Of a DNA stretch of 64,000 nucleotides, positions 25,727 through 39,092 are shown one piece after another. Position numbers and translations under genes: made by a program. The notes beneath the pieces were generated by a model. It saw nothing but the letters and a program-made list of their open reading frames with translations. It did no database searches and was not told the DNA's origin. Each line of letters opens with the position of its first letter. Positions within the stretch are counted from its first letter, which is position 1. This stretch comes from Squalus acanthias (Eukaryota), in NCBI GenBank assembly GCA_030390025.1, contig CM059432.1, positions 46,874,001 to 46,938,000 on the forward strand, in the 5' to 3' direction.

Positions 25727-26205
25727 TAAAATAACAGAAAACGCTGGAAAAACTCAGCAGGCCAGGCAGCATCCGTGGAGAGAGAAACAGAGTTAACGTT
25801 TCAGGTCGAAGACCTTACGTCAGAACTGGAAAAAAGCAGGAAATGAAATAGATTTAAAGCAAGTATAAAGCTGGGAAAAGAGGGAGGGGTTGAAAGAATA
25901 AAAGGGAAGGTCAGTGGCGGGATAGAAAGCAGGAGAGATTAAGAAACGTTGAGAGACATTAAGAGATAATCAAGGCAAGAGGAGGTGTTAATGTGACAGG
26001 TTGAGGCTAGATGAAGTGTGAGATGCGCTGGCAGAATGAAGGACAGCTGCCAGCTTCTGAGAGGGGAAAAAAAGGCCAAACAAAAGGGTGGATGAAAAAA
26101 TAAAATAAAAAAATATAAATGTGATAGGGGCCGAGGTTATGATCTGAAATTGTTGAACTCGATGTTGAGTCCAGAGGGCTGCAGGGTGCCTAAACGAAAG
26201 ATGTG
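25727..26205 (-). mobile_element. Penelope family A 3' region with hammerhead motif
   Basis: Colinear with 5041-5430; minus strand ctgacgtaaggtcttcgacctgaaacgttaac. Confidence 0.8.
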
Positions 26206-26739
26206 CTATTGTACTTGTGTGTTGTTAGTTGGTATGCTTGCAGTAGAATGAGGGTGAGTGTGTGGGGTGGCTAGTGAGATGAGGAACTGATAAAGTAGAT
26301 AGAGAGGGTTGGGTGGAGGTGCAAGGTAAGTTGGTGTCCTGGGGAGGTCTCTTCCGCCCTTGGAAGGGAAGAGAACCTCCCTGCATACTGTGACTCCCTC
26401 CATAAGCATATGGAGGGAGTCATTGGAGAGTCTGGGTGCAAGAGTTCACCTTTGTGCAGTAATTGTCTGTGTTTTCAGCACCTCAATGCAGTCAAATACT
26501 GAAAAATCAACTATCAAAATAAAATTGTGCATGGTCCCTTTAAGGAAACCGGCAGATGACGTGTCATCAAATGACATCATCAGACCCGCTTCCTGTTAAT
26601 TGGCCGGTGGCGGGCTTAACAAGGCCAATCAAGGGAAAATCACATCTGGAGAGCGGAGGCAGCTGGGGGTGGGATTAGAACCCGGAAACCAGCTGACCCG
26701 CACCCATCCAGACACCGATGAGAAAATCGCGGCCAATGT

Positions 26740-27430
26740 CTGTGTATGATGTCGCCAAGCGGCAGCCTGTAGATGAAGAAAAGGAGAGTGCTAAGGATAG
26801 ATCCTTGAGGGACTCTGGAGGTTACATTGTTGGGGGTATGGAAAGAAAAGCCATTGCTGGAGATGTTCTGACGAGTATGAAATACGTAAAAGTGAAACCA
26901 TGCAAGGGCATTCCCTCCAAGCTATACAATAGAGGAGAAGTGCTGGAGAAGATGGTGTGGTTGACCATTTCAAAGGCTGCAGATAGGTCGAGAAGGAAGA
27001 GGAAAGATAATGCACCATAGCCAGTCACAGAGAATGTCATTTGTAACTTTGGCGAGGGCCATTTTGGTGCTGTGGCAGGGGCAGAAGCCTGGTTGGAGAG
27101 ATTCAAACATGGAGCTGCGAGAAAGATGGGCAAGGATATGGGAGGCAATACACATTTGATGACTTTGGAGAGGAAAGAAAGATGGCGGCGATAGTGTGCA
27201 AGGACAGAGGTCAAAGATGGATTTTTTGAGGAGGGCTGATGATAGTAGTTTTTGAAGGGAGTGGGACAGAACATGAGAAGAGGGAATCATGTAGAATGTC
27301 AGCTGGTATGGGGACCAGGAAGGAAAGTTGTGTAGTCAGCAGTTTAGTGCAAATGTCAAGCAAGCAAGTAGGTCCCATGGATGAGCTCAGAGAGGGCATG
27401 AGGGAAGATGGAAAAATAGCTAGAGAGGGG
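26740..27430 (-). mobile_element. Degraded L2 LINE RT fragment
   Basis: SLQPGFCPCHSTKMALAKVTNDIL and LLDLSAAFEMVNH. Confidence 0.8.
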
Positions 27431-27802
27431 CGCACTTTGCATTTCTGATAAACCTAAAATCTGTTTTAGCAAACTACTATTCTCTTTCCAGAGTTCTCTT
27501 CCTCCATTTTCTCCTAAGCTTTGTGAAGTTAACTTTTATTTATTAATTTCATTTTAATCAATGTATTAATTAATTTTGCTGAATGCGTATTTTGCTTACA
27601 ATTTGTTTTCTGATCTTGCTTAAACAACATTACTATTTAAAAGTGTTTTATTTTCCTCAGTTAAAGATATACTTCAGCAATATTTCCCAGTTAATTTGTT
27701 TCAATTCAGCCTTCATTCCTTTGAAGTTTACCTTTTTTTAAATTATATATTTTGTCCTTGTCCTTACTGGTGCTGATTGCAAGACAGTTCTACATTTCTC
27801 AC

Positions 27803-27913
27803 CTCGCTGTTAGCACAGGAATCTTGGGTAACACGGGTTTTGGTTGGATGAATATATTTCGATATAGCTGGAGGAACATATGGTGGGCCTCAGGTGTACT
27901 GTGAGGAATATCC
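27803..27913 (-). CDS. Host gene exon 3: (R)DIPHSTPEAHHMFLQLYRNIFIQPKPVLPKIPVLTA(S)
   Basis: Acceptor tttattttcag, donor AG|gtgaga, 111 bp. Only one frame is open and it fits phase 2 at both ends. Confidence 0.8.
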
Positions 27914-28394
27914 CTGAAAATAAAGTAAATAAAATGCTAGTTTACCTGAAACATTCATTATTTCTACCTGAAACAAATCACACAAGTCTTCATTTTTCAA
28001 TCAGTACGAATTAAAATAAAATAATCCAGGTAAAGTACAATTAATGATTTAGTGTAGAAGATGAGCAGAGAACTGTTAACGTAGTCAAGTACAACAAATT
28101 AATCACCAGCCTTACTTCTACTTAGTTGATTATAAATTTATGAATTCAATAAACATGGCTTCAGATTTTATTCAGGAGATCTACCAAGGAAGGCCAAGGT
28201 TGTACGTTAAAAGAACAATGGTGTTATTGACTAGCTGTCAATCAGGTTTCAGCATCCAAGTCTTTCTTCAAATTTTCCTACTTCTCAGCTAGTCTGCCCT
28301 GTTTCTCCTTTGAAAATGGTAGGCTTTATATGGTCTGGAATAGGAATTTTCAACTCTTAGTCATGTGCTCAGAAATCCACAGAAATAATTTGGC

Positions 28395-28655
28395 AGTGGA
28401 TCAGCGGTTGCACTCTCGTCTCTGAGGCAGAAGGTTGTGGGTTCATAATCCCACTCAAGAGACTTGGGCACAAAATCTAGGCTGACACTGAGGCAGTGCT
28501 GCACAGTCGGAGGTGCCGTCTTTCGGGTGAGACGTTAAAACCATGTTTCTGCCACGTTTCTTACATTACAACAGTGACTAAACTACTTAATTGGCTGTAA
28601 AGTGCTTTGGGACATCCTGAGGTTATGGAAGGTGCTATATAAATGCAAGTTCTTT
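28395..28655 (+). mobile_element. DeuSINE-type SINE with internal deletion
   Basis: tRNA-like head (gggttcataatcccactc), Deu core, L2-like tail. Confidence 0.7.
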
Positions 28656-28789
28656 CTGGAGCGAATCCTTTGGCTTAGTGGTAGCATTCCTGCCTCTGAG
28701 CCAGAAGGTGCAGGAATGACGTATGAAGCTCCTGCTCCAGACAGTCCCAGCAAGTGGAGACTGCTCTGGCTCTGAATTCTGGGTTGACA

Positions 28790-29595
28790 TCCAGCGAGAT
28801 TAACTGTGGCAGATGGAATTCAGTGTGAGGTCATCCATTGGACCTATGAAAGATAGATCAGCATATTTTCTAAATGGTGAGAAGCAAGGAACTGTGGAGG
28901 AGCCGAAAGATTTAGAGGTCCATGTACAGAAATCACTAAAAACTAGTGGACAGATACAAAAAAATTATTAAAAAGGCTAATGGAATTTTAGCTTTTATCT
29001 CAAGGGGGCTGGAATACAAAGAGGTTGAAATTATGGTACCATTGTATAAAGCTATGGTTAGACTGCATGTGGAGTACTGCGTTCGGTTCGAGGCACCGTA
29101 CGTCAGGAGGAATATATTGGCCTTCGAGAGGGTGCAGCACAGATTGACGAGAATGATACCAGGCCAAAATGGGTTAAATTATGAGGACAGGTTGCATAGA
29201 CTAGGCTTGTATTTCCTCGAGTATAGAAGGTTATGGGGTGAACTCATGGAGGTGTTTAAGATGATTAAAGGATTTGATAGGATAGATGGAGAGAAACTAT
29301 TTCCTCTGGTGCGAGAGTCCAGAACAAGGGGGCATAATCTTGAAATTAGAGCTAGGTGATGTCACGAAACACTTGTTCTCACAAAGTGTAATGGAACCCT
29401 CTCCCCCAAAATCCTGCTAAGCCTAGGTCAACTGAAAATTTCAAAACTGAGATTGATAGATTTTTGTTAGAGAAGCATATTAAGGGCTATGGAACCAAGT
29501 CGGTAAATGGAGTTAAGACACAAATCGGCCATGATGTAATTGAATGATGGAAGAGGCTCGAGGGGCTGAATGGCTTACTGCTGTCCCAATGTTCA
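28790..29595 (+). mobile_element. Old CR1 3' fragment
   Basis: ORF 28946-29359 (KKANGILAFI...RTRGHNL). Confidence 0.85.
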
Positions 29596-29689
29596 TACAA
29601 ATCTATACAGGAAGCCCTTAAACATTTGGCTCGGTTATAAGAATTTAGGGCTAAATTAGAACATTGAAAGCAGTAACATTACATCACTT

Positions 29690-30408
29690 ACAACTGCACT
29701 TTCAAAATCCCAACTATCCAGCCTTTGGTCCTCCATTCACCACATCATTTCTGCAGCTACCGATCTGCTAAACCACACCCTCACCTCCATCTTTGATGCC
29801 CTAGTCCCCATTTAAACCATTACTCTCTCTCACCCTGGTTGTTCCCCCTGGTACAGCCCTCATCTCCAACTATTGCAATGCACTCTTGGCCAGCCTCCCA
29901 TCTACCACCCTGCATAAACTTAAGCTCATCCAAAACTCTGCTGCCCGTATCCTAACTTGCACCAAATCCCATTCACCCATCACCTCTGTGCTCGCTGACC
30001 TACTTTGGCTCTCAGTTAAGCAATGCCTAGATTTTAAAATTCTCATCCTTGGTTTAAAATCCCTCCATGGCCTCGCCCCTCCCTTTCTCTGTAACCTCTT
30101 CCAGCCCTTCAAGCCTCCAAGATATCAGCGCTCCTCCAAATTTGCCCTCTTGCGCATCATTGATTTTAATCACTCCACCATTGGTGGCCATGCCAAGGCC
30201 CTAAGCTCTGGAATTCCCTCCCCTAAACCTCTCTACCTCCTTTAAGACACTCCTTAAATCCTACATCTTTGACCAAGCTTTTGGTCATCTGACTTAATAT
30301 CTCCTTATGTGGCTCGGTGTCAAATTTTGTTTGATAACGCTCCTGTGAAGCGTCGTTGGACGTTTTACTATGTGAAAGGCACTATATAAATGCAAGTTGT
30401 TGTTGTTG
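29690..30408 (+). mobile_element. L2 LINE 3' fragment
   Basis: LHKLKLIQNSAARIL...LKSLHGLAPPFL; tail actatataaatgcaagttgttgttg. Confidence 0.85.
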
Positions 30409-30769
30409 TAACGAACCAGCTCTTTCTAGATATAACAGCTATTACTAATTCTTCCAACTTGAGCAAACAACTTGTAGCACACAATTCATTGCATTTCCAT
30501 ACATTGCATAAAATATTATACACATCCTCACACAAATTTATATAGATCAGTCTACCAGAGTCTACAAAAATAAAAATAAAATGTGCTTATGTCTCTCTCT
30601 CTCTCGTCTTAAAACTGATCAACTGCTCAATACCCACTCTAATTCTTTCTAACTCCTGTCTTTGTGTTCCTGATTATCTTCCACTCTTTCTATTTCCTCA
30701 GTTTTTCCGGGCTCTCTATCTGTTTGGCGCACACGCATTAGCACTTGCTATCATTTAGACATCTGTCTC

Positions 30770-30900
30770 TAGCTCATCACCTGACGAAGGAGCAGCCACT
30801 CCGAAAGTTTGTGATTTCAAATAAAGCTGTTGGACTATAACCTGGTGTTGTGCGACTTCTCACTTTTGTCCACCCCAGTCCAACACCGGCATCTCCGCGT
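30770..30900 (+). mobile_element. Penelope family B terminal fragment with hammerhead motif
   Basis: tcacCTGACGAaggagcagccactccGAAAgtttgtga followed by the family B tail. Confidence 0.8.
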
Positions 30901-32017
30901 AATTTCTCTTGGCACTGCACGGCCCCTTAAGGGGCTACGCAGGCCATTCAAAATACCGCGCATGCACGGTTTTTCCATTGGAGCGCTGCATGGCCACGCA
31001 GCTTAAAGGGAACATTGGTGGGAAGTAACATTTTTTAAAATCTCAAACCCAACTGTAACCCGCCTCCAATCCGCTCACTTCCAGTTTTAACAGAGGCAGG
31101 TCGGGGGTGGGCATCCAATCCGCTCTCAGGAGGCTGTTCCGTCAGTAAATGCTTTTAAGAAGGCTGTGCGCTTCCATTTTAACAGGATATTTATTTTTAA
31201 TCCATGGAGGCCAGGTTTCCCGGGGCTCACGAAACCCGGCAGGTAAAAGGAGGCGAGAAGGGCTGGATCCATGAGGTAAGTGCATTTACAGCACTGCTTG
31301 TGGGCCAGGAGGAATAGGAGTGTTTTTTCCAGGCCCAACAAGATTACCCCTTTAGACATCCCACAATCGGCCAATCCCCCACACATCCCTCTCGATCTCC
31401 GGCTCCCCCCACCCCACCGCAATCTCCGACTCCCCCCATGCCGGGGTCCTATTTACCTGGCATCGCTCCCCGGCTGCTTTCTTGCCCAACAGGTAGCTGG
31501 CTGTTGGGCAGGAAATCTGCTGAAAAAATGTAAAAGATGCCCTGCGGTTAATTTCACCAGGATGTCTGGGAAACCGTACTTGCGGGTTTCCGTCCGAAAA
31601 TTCTCCCCCGCCCCCTGCTCTCTTCACGGCCCCAAGTAAACATTGGGATACTTGTCTCTCTTCCCCTTGTCCTGTCTCTTCTCTCTTAGTGTTTCTCCCA
31701 CGCTTTTTGTATGTTTCTCACATACTTTTTTTTCTGTATATTTCTCTTTCATGGAGGTTTAGAGCGTTCAACCCTCCGACGGTCAAAGTGATTTTATCTA
31801 TTTCTGGGTAAGAAGGAGGGAATAAACCCTGGCCGGCAGGCTGGGGCATAGGTGAAAATGGAGACTCAGGATGGGAAATGGTGGCAAGCCAGGACCTGGG
31901 ACTGGAAGAAAGTGACAGACTAGTCCCAAGACAGAGTAGGTGGAACTGGGAGAAATTCTAGTGGGTGTCTAGTGCCTGGAAGCAACTTGCATAGGTGCTG
32001 GGGTAGGGAATGAAAAC

Positions 32018-32800
32018 CCCTTTCCACGGCAACCTCTGCAAGACATGCCAGATCATGGACACAGATACCATCATCACACGTGAGGACACTACCCACCAGG
32101 TACATGGTACATACTCATGTGACTCGGCCAACGTTGTCTACCTGATACGTTGCAGTAAAGGATGCCCCAGAGCATGGTACATCGGCGAGACCATGCAGAC
32201 ACTGAGACAACGTATGAACGGACACCGCGCAACAATCGCCAGGCAGGAGGGTTGCCTCCCAGTCGGGGAACACTTCAGCAGTCAGGGGCATTCAGCCTCG
32301 GATCTGCGGGTAAGCGTTCTCCAAGGCGGCCTTCGGGATACACGACAGCGCAAAATCATAGAGCAGAAACTGATAGCCAAGTTCCGCACACATGAGGATG
32401 GCCTCAATCGCGATATCGGGTTCATGTCATGATACAGAACGTGACTTGACATCATGGCCGGTCTTTCCAGGTTTTTAAAAAAAAAAACTAACACAAGAAC
32501 CAAACCCAAATGGAGAGGATATGCAGCCAGCAGGTGTTTTGACACGTTGGACCCCCTGGGACACATCTCATTGTCTTGGCTGTGCTCTTAGTGTGTCTTT
32601 GATGTAGGGAAAGATTTGAATACATTTTTTCTGTGTTTATATTGTGAATTCTGGGAGATTCTCTCACAGCTACCCTACCTGAAGAAGGAGCGACAGCTCC
32701 GAAAGCTTGTAATTTTAAATAAATCTGTTGGACTATAACCTGGTGTTGTGCGACTTCTCATTTTTGTCCACCCCAGTCCAACGCCGGCATCTCCACATCA
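32018..32800 (+). mobile_element. 5'-truncated Penelope family B element: GIY-YIG endonuclease C-terminus plus 3' UTR with hammerhead
   Basis: ORF 32010-32432: CKTC, NVVYLIRC, WYIGETMQTLRQRMNGH, EQKLI, GLNRD. Confidence 0.92.
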
Positions 32801-33164
32801 TTGCTAATATCAGGCATAGGAATGTAGCACTAATTGGCCTAAAAATTGGATATGGCCATGAATCAGGCAGTGTTAAGGCCCAACGATGTTAAGATGCACC
32901 ATCTCAAAATGGTCTCGGTAGCATGCAAAATTTGTGCTCAGTCCTCTTTAATTAATGATTATAGTCTTGATTTCAGCACTAAAACTGCTGCTCATTGACG
33001 TAACACTCAACAGGTGGGCCAATATTGGGTCTAGTCTAATTCCCAGTCATGTTTGCCACAGGCTTTATTCAGTACTTAAAGGGAAGGTGCACTGATGCTG
33101 CAGCACCTCATTGTCAAGCCACTCAGAACTGTAGCTGCAAGAAGAAGGTAGTGCAAAAAAAAGG

Positions 33165-35100
33165 GAGGGAGCCTGCAGATTTTCTGACTCGGATCTTGAG
33201 CCACTGGTTGTGGCCGTGGAGAGGAAGCGGGCTGTCCTCTTCCCACACATTGGCAGAAAGCCCTCACCACACACCTCGCGAAGGCTGTGGCAGGAGATGG
33301 CCATCCATGTCATGGTCAGCACTGTGGTGCCAAAATCGACCATCCAGTGCCAAAAGAAGTTTAATGACCTCACATGGCAGGTTAAGGTGAGTGAAGGCTT
33401 CAGCAAATGCCATATCCCACCATCTGCACCACAAGCCTCACACACTACTCAATGCACCACACCCCCAGCACTCACCTACCAACAATCTCTACCTATCACC
33501 ACTCAGACATCACAATCAGACCTTCACTTCACCCTCATAACCTTATCACTGCTGCAACACTCACACCCATATCTCACACCTTGCAAACACTGATAGCTAT
33601 TCAACCATGGCAGGCACATCACCCAAACACATTGCACCACACTCATTCACACACTTCTCTTTCTCTTGCAGGCCAAGGTCGCCCATAACCGGAGAGAGCA
33701 GCGGCAGACAGGTGGGGGGCAGACTGACATCCACGACTATAGCCAGCTGGAGAAGAGAGTGCTAGACATAATTGGGTGGCAGATCAGAGGCCATGACAAC
33801 CGGCGAGGTTGAACCCCTTGGGGACAACAACACTATAGTCATTCCTAATCCTTCTTCTCACATCCCACTTCCCCCTCATCCCACAATGTCTTCTCACTTT
33901 CAATCTGCTGTTGCTGTATGCATGCATATCTTGCTTCCCCCCTCCCCTCACTATAACCCGACTCTTGTGCCTTTCTGCTTTCAGATAATCAACAAGCACC
34001 AGACCAACCTATCCCCGGGGTGATGCACGAAAGCAAAGAGAGAGAAGAAGACACAGCGTCACTGCATCTGTCACTCACAGACGGCAGCTCAAAAACTGCA
34101 CTGCGTGTACTTTCGAGGCTAGTGTAGAAACGGGATCTGCACAAGGTGAGGCATCGGGCATGACTGAGCTGCAGCAAGGCCGGGGGAAAGGGTAGCTTGG
34201 GGGCCAGCTCCCCGGAGGGTGAGTTCTGCTACACAGGACTCGGATGAGGACCTCGAAGGGGCGGCCTTCGGAAGAAGGGTGATGGACTTGCACACCGAAT
34301 TGCTAGGTGCAATGGCAAACCTGCTAGAGAGCCTCATGGCAATGTCAAGGTGCAGAGCATGGAGTCCAGGATTTCCAGCCTGGAAATGATGGAAGACTCC
34401 CGAAGAGACCATGTCGACCCAGATGTTGCGGCTGCCATTGCAGCACAGGCGGAAGCGACCCACCGTCTCAGTGCTGCAGAAGCGCAGAACGCTCTCATGA
34501 AGTCTTGGCTTGATGCCACCCAAGCTCAGACCGCTGTCATGCAGTCTCAGCTTGGTACCATCAAAGCTCAGGCTGCTCTTATGAAGTCTTAGCTTGATGC
34601 CACCCATGCTCAGACCGCTGTCATGCAGTCTCTGCTTAATGCCATGCAAGCTCAGACTGCTGCCATCATGGCTGGGTTTACCACTGTCGACCAGGGCTTG
34701 CAGGGTGTCGCAGCAGCCCAGCAATCTGTGCTCCAACAGATTGCTAGGAATGTTGATGCGCCACCCTGGGGGAGTGGCAGTGGGTCAGTGGAGCAGAACC
34801 CTGCTGTCCTCTCTCAAGATGACAGCATTCCTCTTCCCACCACTGCCACTCTGTCATCGTCCTTGCCGCTGCCGGTCAGCCAGCCAGCCCAGACTGCTGC
34901 CGCCCATGCCGAGGTGGTGAAGTCTGGAGCCGGGCCTTCTAGGGCCAGAGCTGCTCAAGGTCATCCTGCTAGGCCATCTGTAGTCTTCCCCATGGAAACT
35001 CAGCAGCCTTCCACCAACCATGCTGCAGCTACTGGGGGAGCACTTCGTAGGAGCACTGGGACAAGAAAGGGCACCCGAACGACAGGCACTAAGGGTGATT
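33165..35100 (+). pseudogene. Myb/SANT-like gene of the outer Harbinger (exons ~33165-33386, 33672-~33831, 33985-~35100)
   Basis: RFSDSDLEPLV...LWQEMA...QCQKKFNDL|gtgagt; ttgcag|AKVAHNRREQRQTGGG; has stops and frameshifts. Confidence 0.82.
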
Positions 35101-36019
35101 ACTTCATATCATTACTGCAAAAATGTGTGAATTTATTTTTGATACATTTATTAATCTTTTGTGGTGTCTCTCATTTCAGCTTTGTGCCCAAGAGGACACT
35201 GTGATATTCCATGGCAGAGGGATGATATGATGGGGACGTGGTGAGCAATGAGGATCTGTGGTTGCATTCATTGGAATCGGAGTCTGATTCACGGACTGGC
35301 CGTCCGAAAGGGGGATTGGTTGCCTGCCTCCTCCCGCCCTCCTTGTCCTCTTCCTCTTGCTCCTCTTCCTCATCCTCCTCCTGAGGTGGTCCCGCAATCC
35401 CTGATGGCAAGGGCTGCGCCCTCATGATGGCCAAGTTGTAAAGCATGCGGCAGACCACCAGGAAATGGGATACCCACTCCAGCGTGTTTTGGAAAGCTCC
35501 TCCCGAACGGTCAAGGTAGCGGAACCGTTGCTTCAGTAGCCCAATGGTCTGCTCGATGATATTCCTGGTGGCAGCATGGCTCTTATTATATGAGTGATGG
35601 GCACGAGTGTTGGGGTTGCAGAAGGGAGTCATGAGCCAGGTGCAGAGCGGATAGCCCTTACGGGAGAAATTCGGTATCGCCCCGTTTGGGGCGCTATTAT
35701 TGGCCGGGCTCAAAGTTTAGCGCCCGGCGCTAATTATCGCCTCTGACTGCAAACTTGGCCTCTATCGCCTCTGGAGGTGATTTGAGCGCTAAATCAGGTG
35801 CTACACACCTGTCTTAAGGCGCTAACGTCAAGGAGCGAGGCGCTACCTCAGAGCGCTGGCGAAGCTCAGGTGATGTCAGTTAGCAATGGAACACAGACAG
35901 ACTGGCGCCAGCCAGTTCTTAAAGGGGAGGGTTGATGTTGCTGTCCAGCCACACCCTGCTCATTGCAGCCTTGAATCTCGGCCTGGAGAGACCTGTACAT
36001 CAATTGTGCTGGAACCACC

Positions 36020-37861
36020 AATGGATAGGCCCAGGGAAAGAGCTCAGCACTTCAGCGACCGGGCCTTGGTGGCTCTGGTTGGTGCTGTGGAGCGGCGACG
36101 GGCAGTTCTCTACCCACAGAGTGGCAGGAGGCCATTGCCCCCGCGAATACAGAAAACTCTGGAGGGAGGTGGCTCAGCACGTGTCCTCGAGGAGCCTGGT
36201 GCCGAGGACCCACACCCAATGTCGGAAGAAGTTCAACGACCTCACTCGGGTGGTCAGGGTGAGTGGCTGCTTTTCAATACATCTACATCACTCCATCTCA
36301 ACTTCACTCTGTGCCCAGAGGGTTTAAAAACCCCAAATTCCCAACACTCATCCAAGACCTATGGCCATCCCATAAAACACACACGCACATTCCACACCTT
36401 GCATACATTAAGGGCTATTCAACTATGGGAGACACATCAGGCAAGCACATGGCTGCACATTCACTCAGACGTCGTCCTTTTTCTTGCAGCCAAGCTCTCT
36501 CATAACAGGCGGCAGCAGCAACGCACGGGAGGAGGACCAGCTGACCTACACACCCTCAGCGATTTGGAGGCGTGCATGCACAGGATCGTTGCCAGCCAGG
36601 TCATAGGTGTCGTGGCCGCTGGAGAGGTCGACCCCCTTGGGGACAGCAATGGTATGTTCATCAGCTTTCTCTCCTCTCTCATTCCACTTGCCCCTCACAA
36701 CACCAGCCTTTTACACTTTCAATCCAACTTACTAAATGTCTCCAGTCCTTGCTCCCTTACTGTCCCCCTGTCCTGATGCTAAAGCTACTCTTGTACCTCC
36801 CTGCTTTCAGATAGTGAACCACCAGCTGACCAGCCTGTCGCTCAGTGGCAGCGACGCACCAGGCGAGGAGGAAGAGGAAGCCGGAGCCTCACCACCTGAG
36901 TCTCACGAAGGAGCCCATGCCGACACTGGGACCACGCCTTCCCTGGAGGGCAGCAGTGGGGTAGGGTCTGATGAGGGCAAAGCTCCGGGACCCAGCGGGC
37001 TGCAGCAACGTCATGGGGGTAGGGAAGCTCGGGGGCCATCTCCCCCGGAGGGCGAGTAGGCAAGCGAGTCCTGCTGCACTGGACTCAGAGGAGGACCGCG
37101 CCATTGTGGCAATGAATAGCCAAGCCTTGAGCATGTACACTGAGCTCATGGGGGCAATGGCAAGGGTACCCGAAAGCATGGATGGACTGGCTAGGAGTGT
37201 GGAGCAGTCCGCTGCAGCACAGGCCGACGCAACGCAACGGCTTAGTGCTGCAATTCAGTCATTGGCTGGTGCCATCCAGTCTCAGACTGCTCTCACGCAG
37301 TCTCAGATTGATGTCACGCAAGCACTGACTGCTGCCATCCTCGCTGGCTTGGCCACATTGCCCCGGGGCTCTCACGGTGCCGCAGCAGGCCAACGATCTG
37401 TGCTCGAGCAGATTGCTCTGGATGCGGAGGTACTGCCACGTGGGAGTGCCAGTGTGTCGGTCGAGCAGGAAGGTGCTGTCCTCTCTCAGGATGATAGCAT
37501 TCCTGCTCCCACCACTGGCACTTCCCCATTGCACATGCCACCGCCTGCAACGTAGCCAGCCCAGACTGCTGCCACCCATGCAGAGTTGGTGCAGTCTGCA
37601 GCTGGGGCCTCCAGGCCCAGAGCTGGTCGAGAGCGTCCTTCAAGGGCATCTGTAGTCTCTGCATCTGACATTCAGCAGCCTTCCATCAGCCTTGCTGCAG
37701 CCACTGGGGCCCCATTCTGGAGGAGCAATAGGGTGGGAAGGGGGGAAATGCACAGGCGGTGGAGATCACCCTCGAAAAGTGGTAAAGGTCGAGGTTTGTG
37801 TGATTACATTTGTTTTGTGTTTTGCCGTTTATCTCCATCTTGTGAGAACCAGTTCTGTTAG
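36020..37861 (+). pseudogene. Myb/SANT-like gene of the inner Harbinger (exons 36020-36258, 36490-36651, 36811-~37861)
   Basis: MDRPRERAQHFSDRALVALV..LWREVA..QCRKKFNDL|gtgagt; GT-AG introns; AATAAA near 37898; several frameshifts. Confidence 0.85.
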
Positions 37862-38046
37862 TTCATGATTTGTTCTGTTTTTCTAATTGTCTGTCCTGAA
37901 TAAATGACACACAGAGTTTGTTAAAGAAAAAAGTTGTATTCAAAATGTACCTTTGCAATCATTCCAGCTTTGGCTGGCAATAGGGGGTGCAGGTTGCTTT
38001 CCATGATGTTGTTCTCCATGCCAGAAGCCATCTTCTAAGTAGGGGC

Positions 38047-39092
38047 CTAGAAGCGGCTTCTTATCAGCCGTTCACGGACGGCCCTTGCATTGGCAACATT
38101 GTGCGGCTCCCTCCCACATTGGTGCTGCTGCTGATCCTCCTCCTCCTCCTCCTCAGGTGGTACACCAATTCCTGGTGGCATTGGCTGGGTCCTCAGGATT
38201 GCCAGGATGTGAAGCTTGCAGCACACAACTATGAAGAGGGAGACTCGCTCAGGAGAGTACTGCAGGGCTCCTCATGAGTGGTCCAGACAGCGGAACTGTT
38301 GCTTCAGCACACCGATCGTCTGCGCAATTATGTTCCTGGTGGCGATATGGTTCTCATTATACCACAGCTTGGCAGGGGTGTTGGGGTTACGGAGCGGTGT
38401 CATTAGCCAGGTGCAGAGTGGATAACCCTTGTCCCTGAGGAGCCATCTACTTGGGTGATGCGGTACCTGGAAAAGGTATGGCGCAGCATGAAGGCATCGT
38501 GGCTGCTGCCAGGATAGTGGGCATTGACGGCGAGTATGAGTTGTTTGTGGTCACAGACCAACTGCACATTTAAGGAGTGGTAGCCCTTGCGGTTTCGGAA
38601 TACCTCTGCATTTTTATGCGGTGCCCGCAATGCCACATGCGTGCAGTCAATGGCGCCCTGCACCATGGGGAAGCCCACTGTCCTAGCAAAGCCACATGCG
38701 CGTTCATACTGTTTGGCCTGGGTCATGGAAAAAGAGATGTACTGGCGTCTCCTTTTATACAGGGCATTTGTCACCTCCCGGATACAACAATGCACAGCGA
38801 ACTGGGAGATATTGGCGATGTCCCCAGTAGAAGCTTGAAAGGAGCCGCTGGATTAAAAATTCAGAGCCACTGTCACCTTCACTGCCACCGACAAAGACAT
38901 CCTGGTCCTCAGTTGAGGCTGCAGATCTGGTTGCAGCAGGTGGCAGAGCTCAGTGACCACCTCCTTGCTGAAGCGCAGCCTGCACAAACACTGCTCCTCA
39001 GACAAATGAAGGTATGAGAGCTACTCCCTGAATACCCTCAGAGGGTAAGGTCTCCTGTGCAGAGGCCTGTTGGCCCTCCTCCCTCTGGCCAT
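38047..39092 (-). pseudogene. HARBI1-like DDE transposase of the inner Harbinger
   Basis: [50 protein letters not shown]; in-frame stops. Confidence 0.93.

Noticed and set aside
38047..39092. Domesticated host HARBI1 gene
   Set aside because: It has in-frame stops, flanking TIRs and TSD, and a second diverged copy nearby, so it is a decayed transposon.
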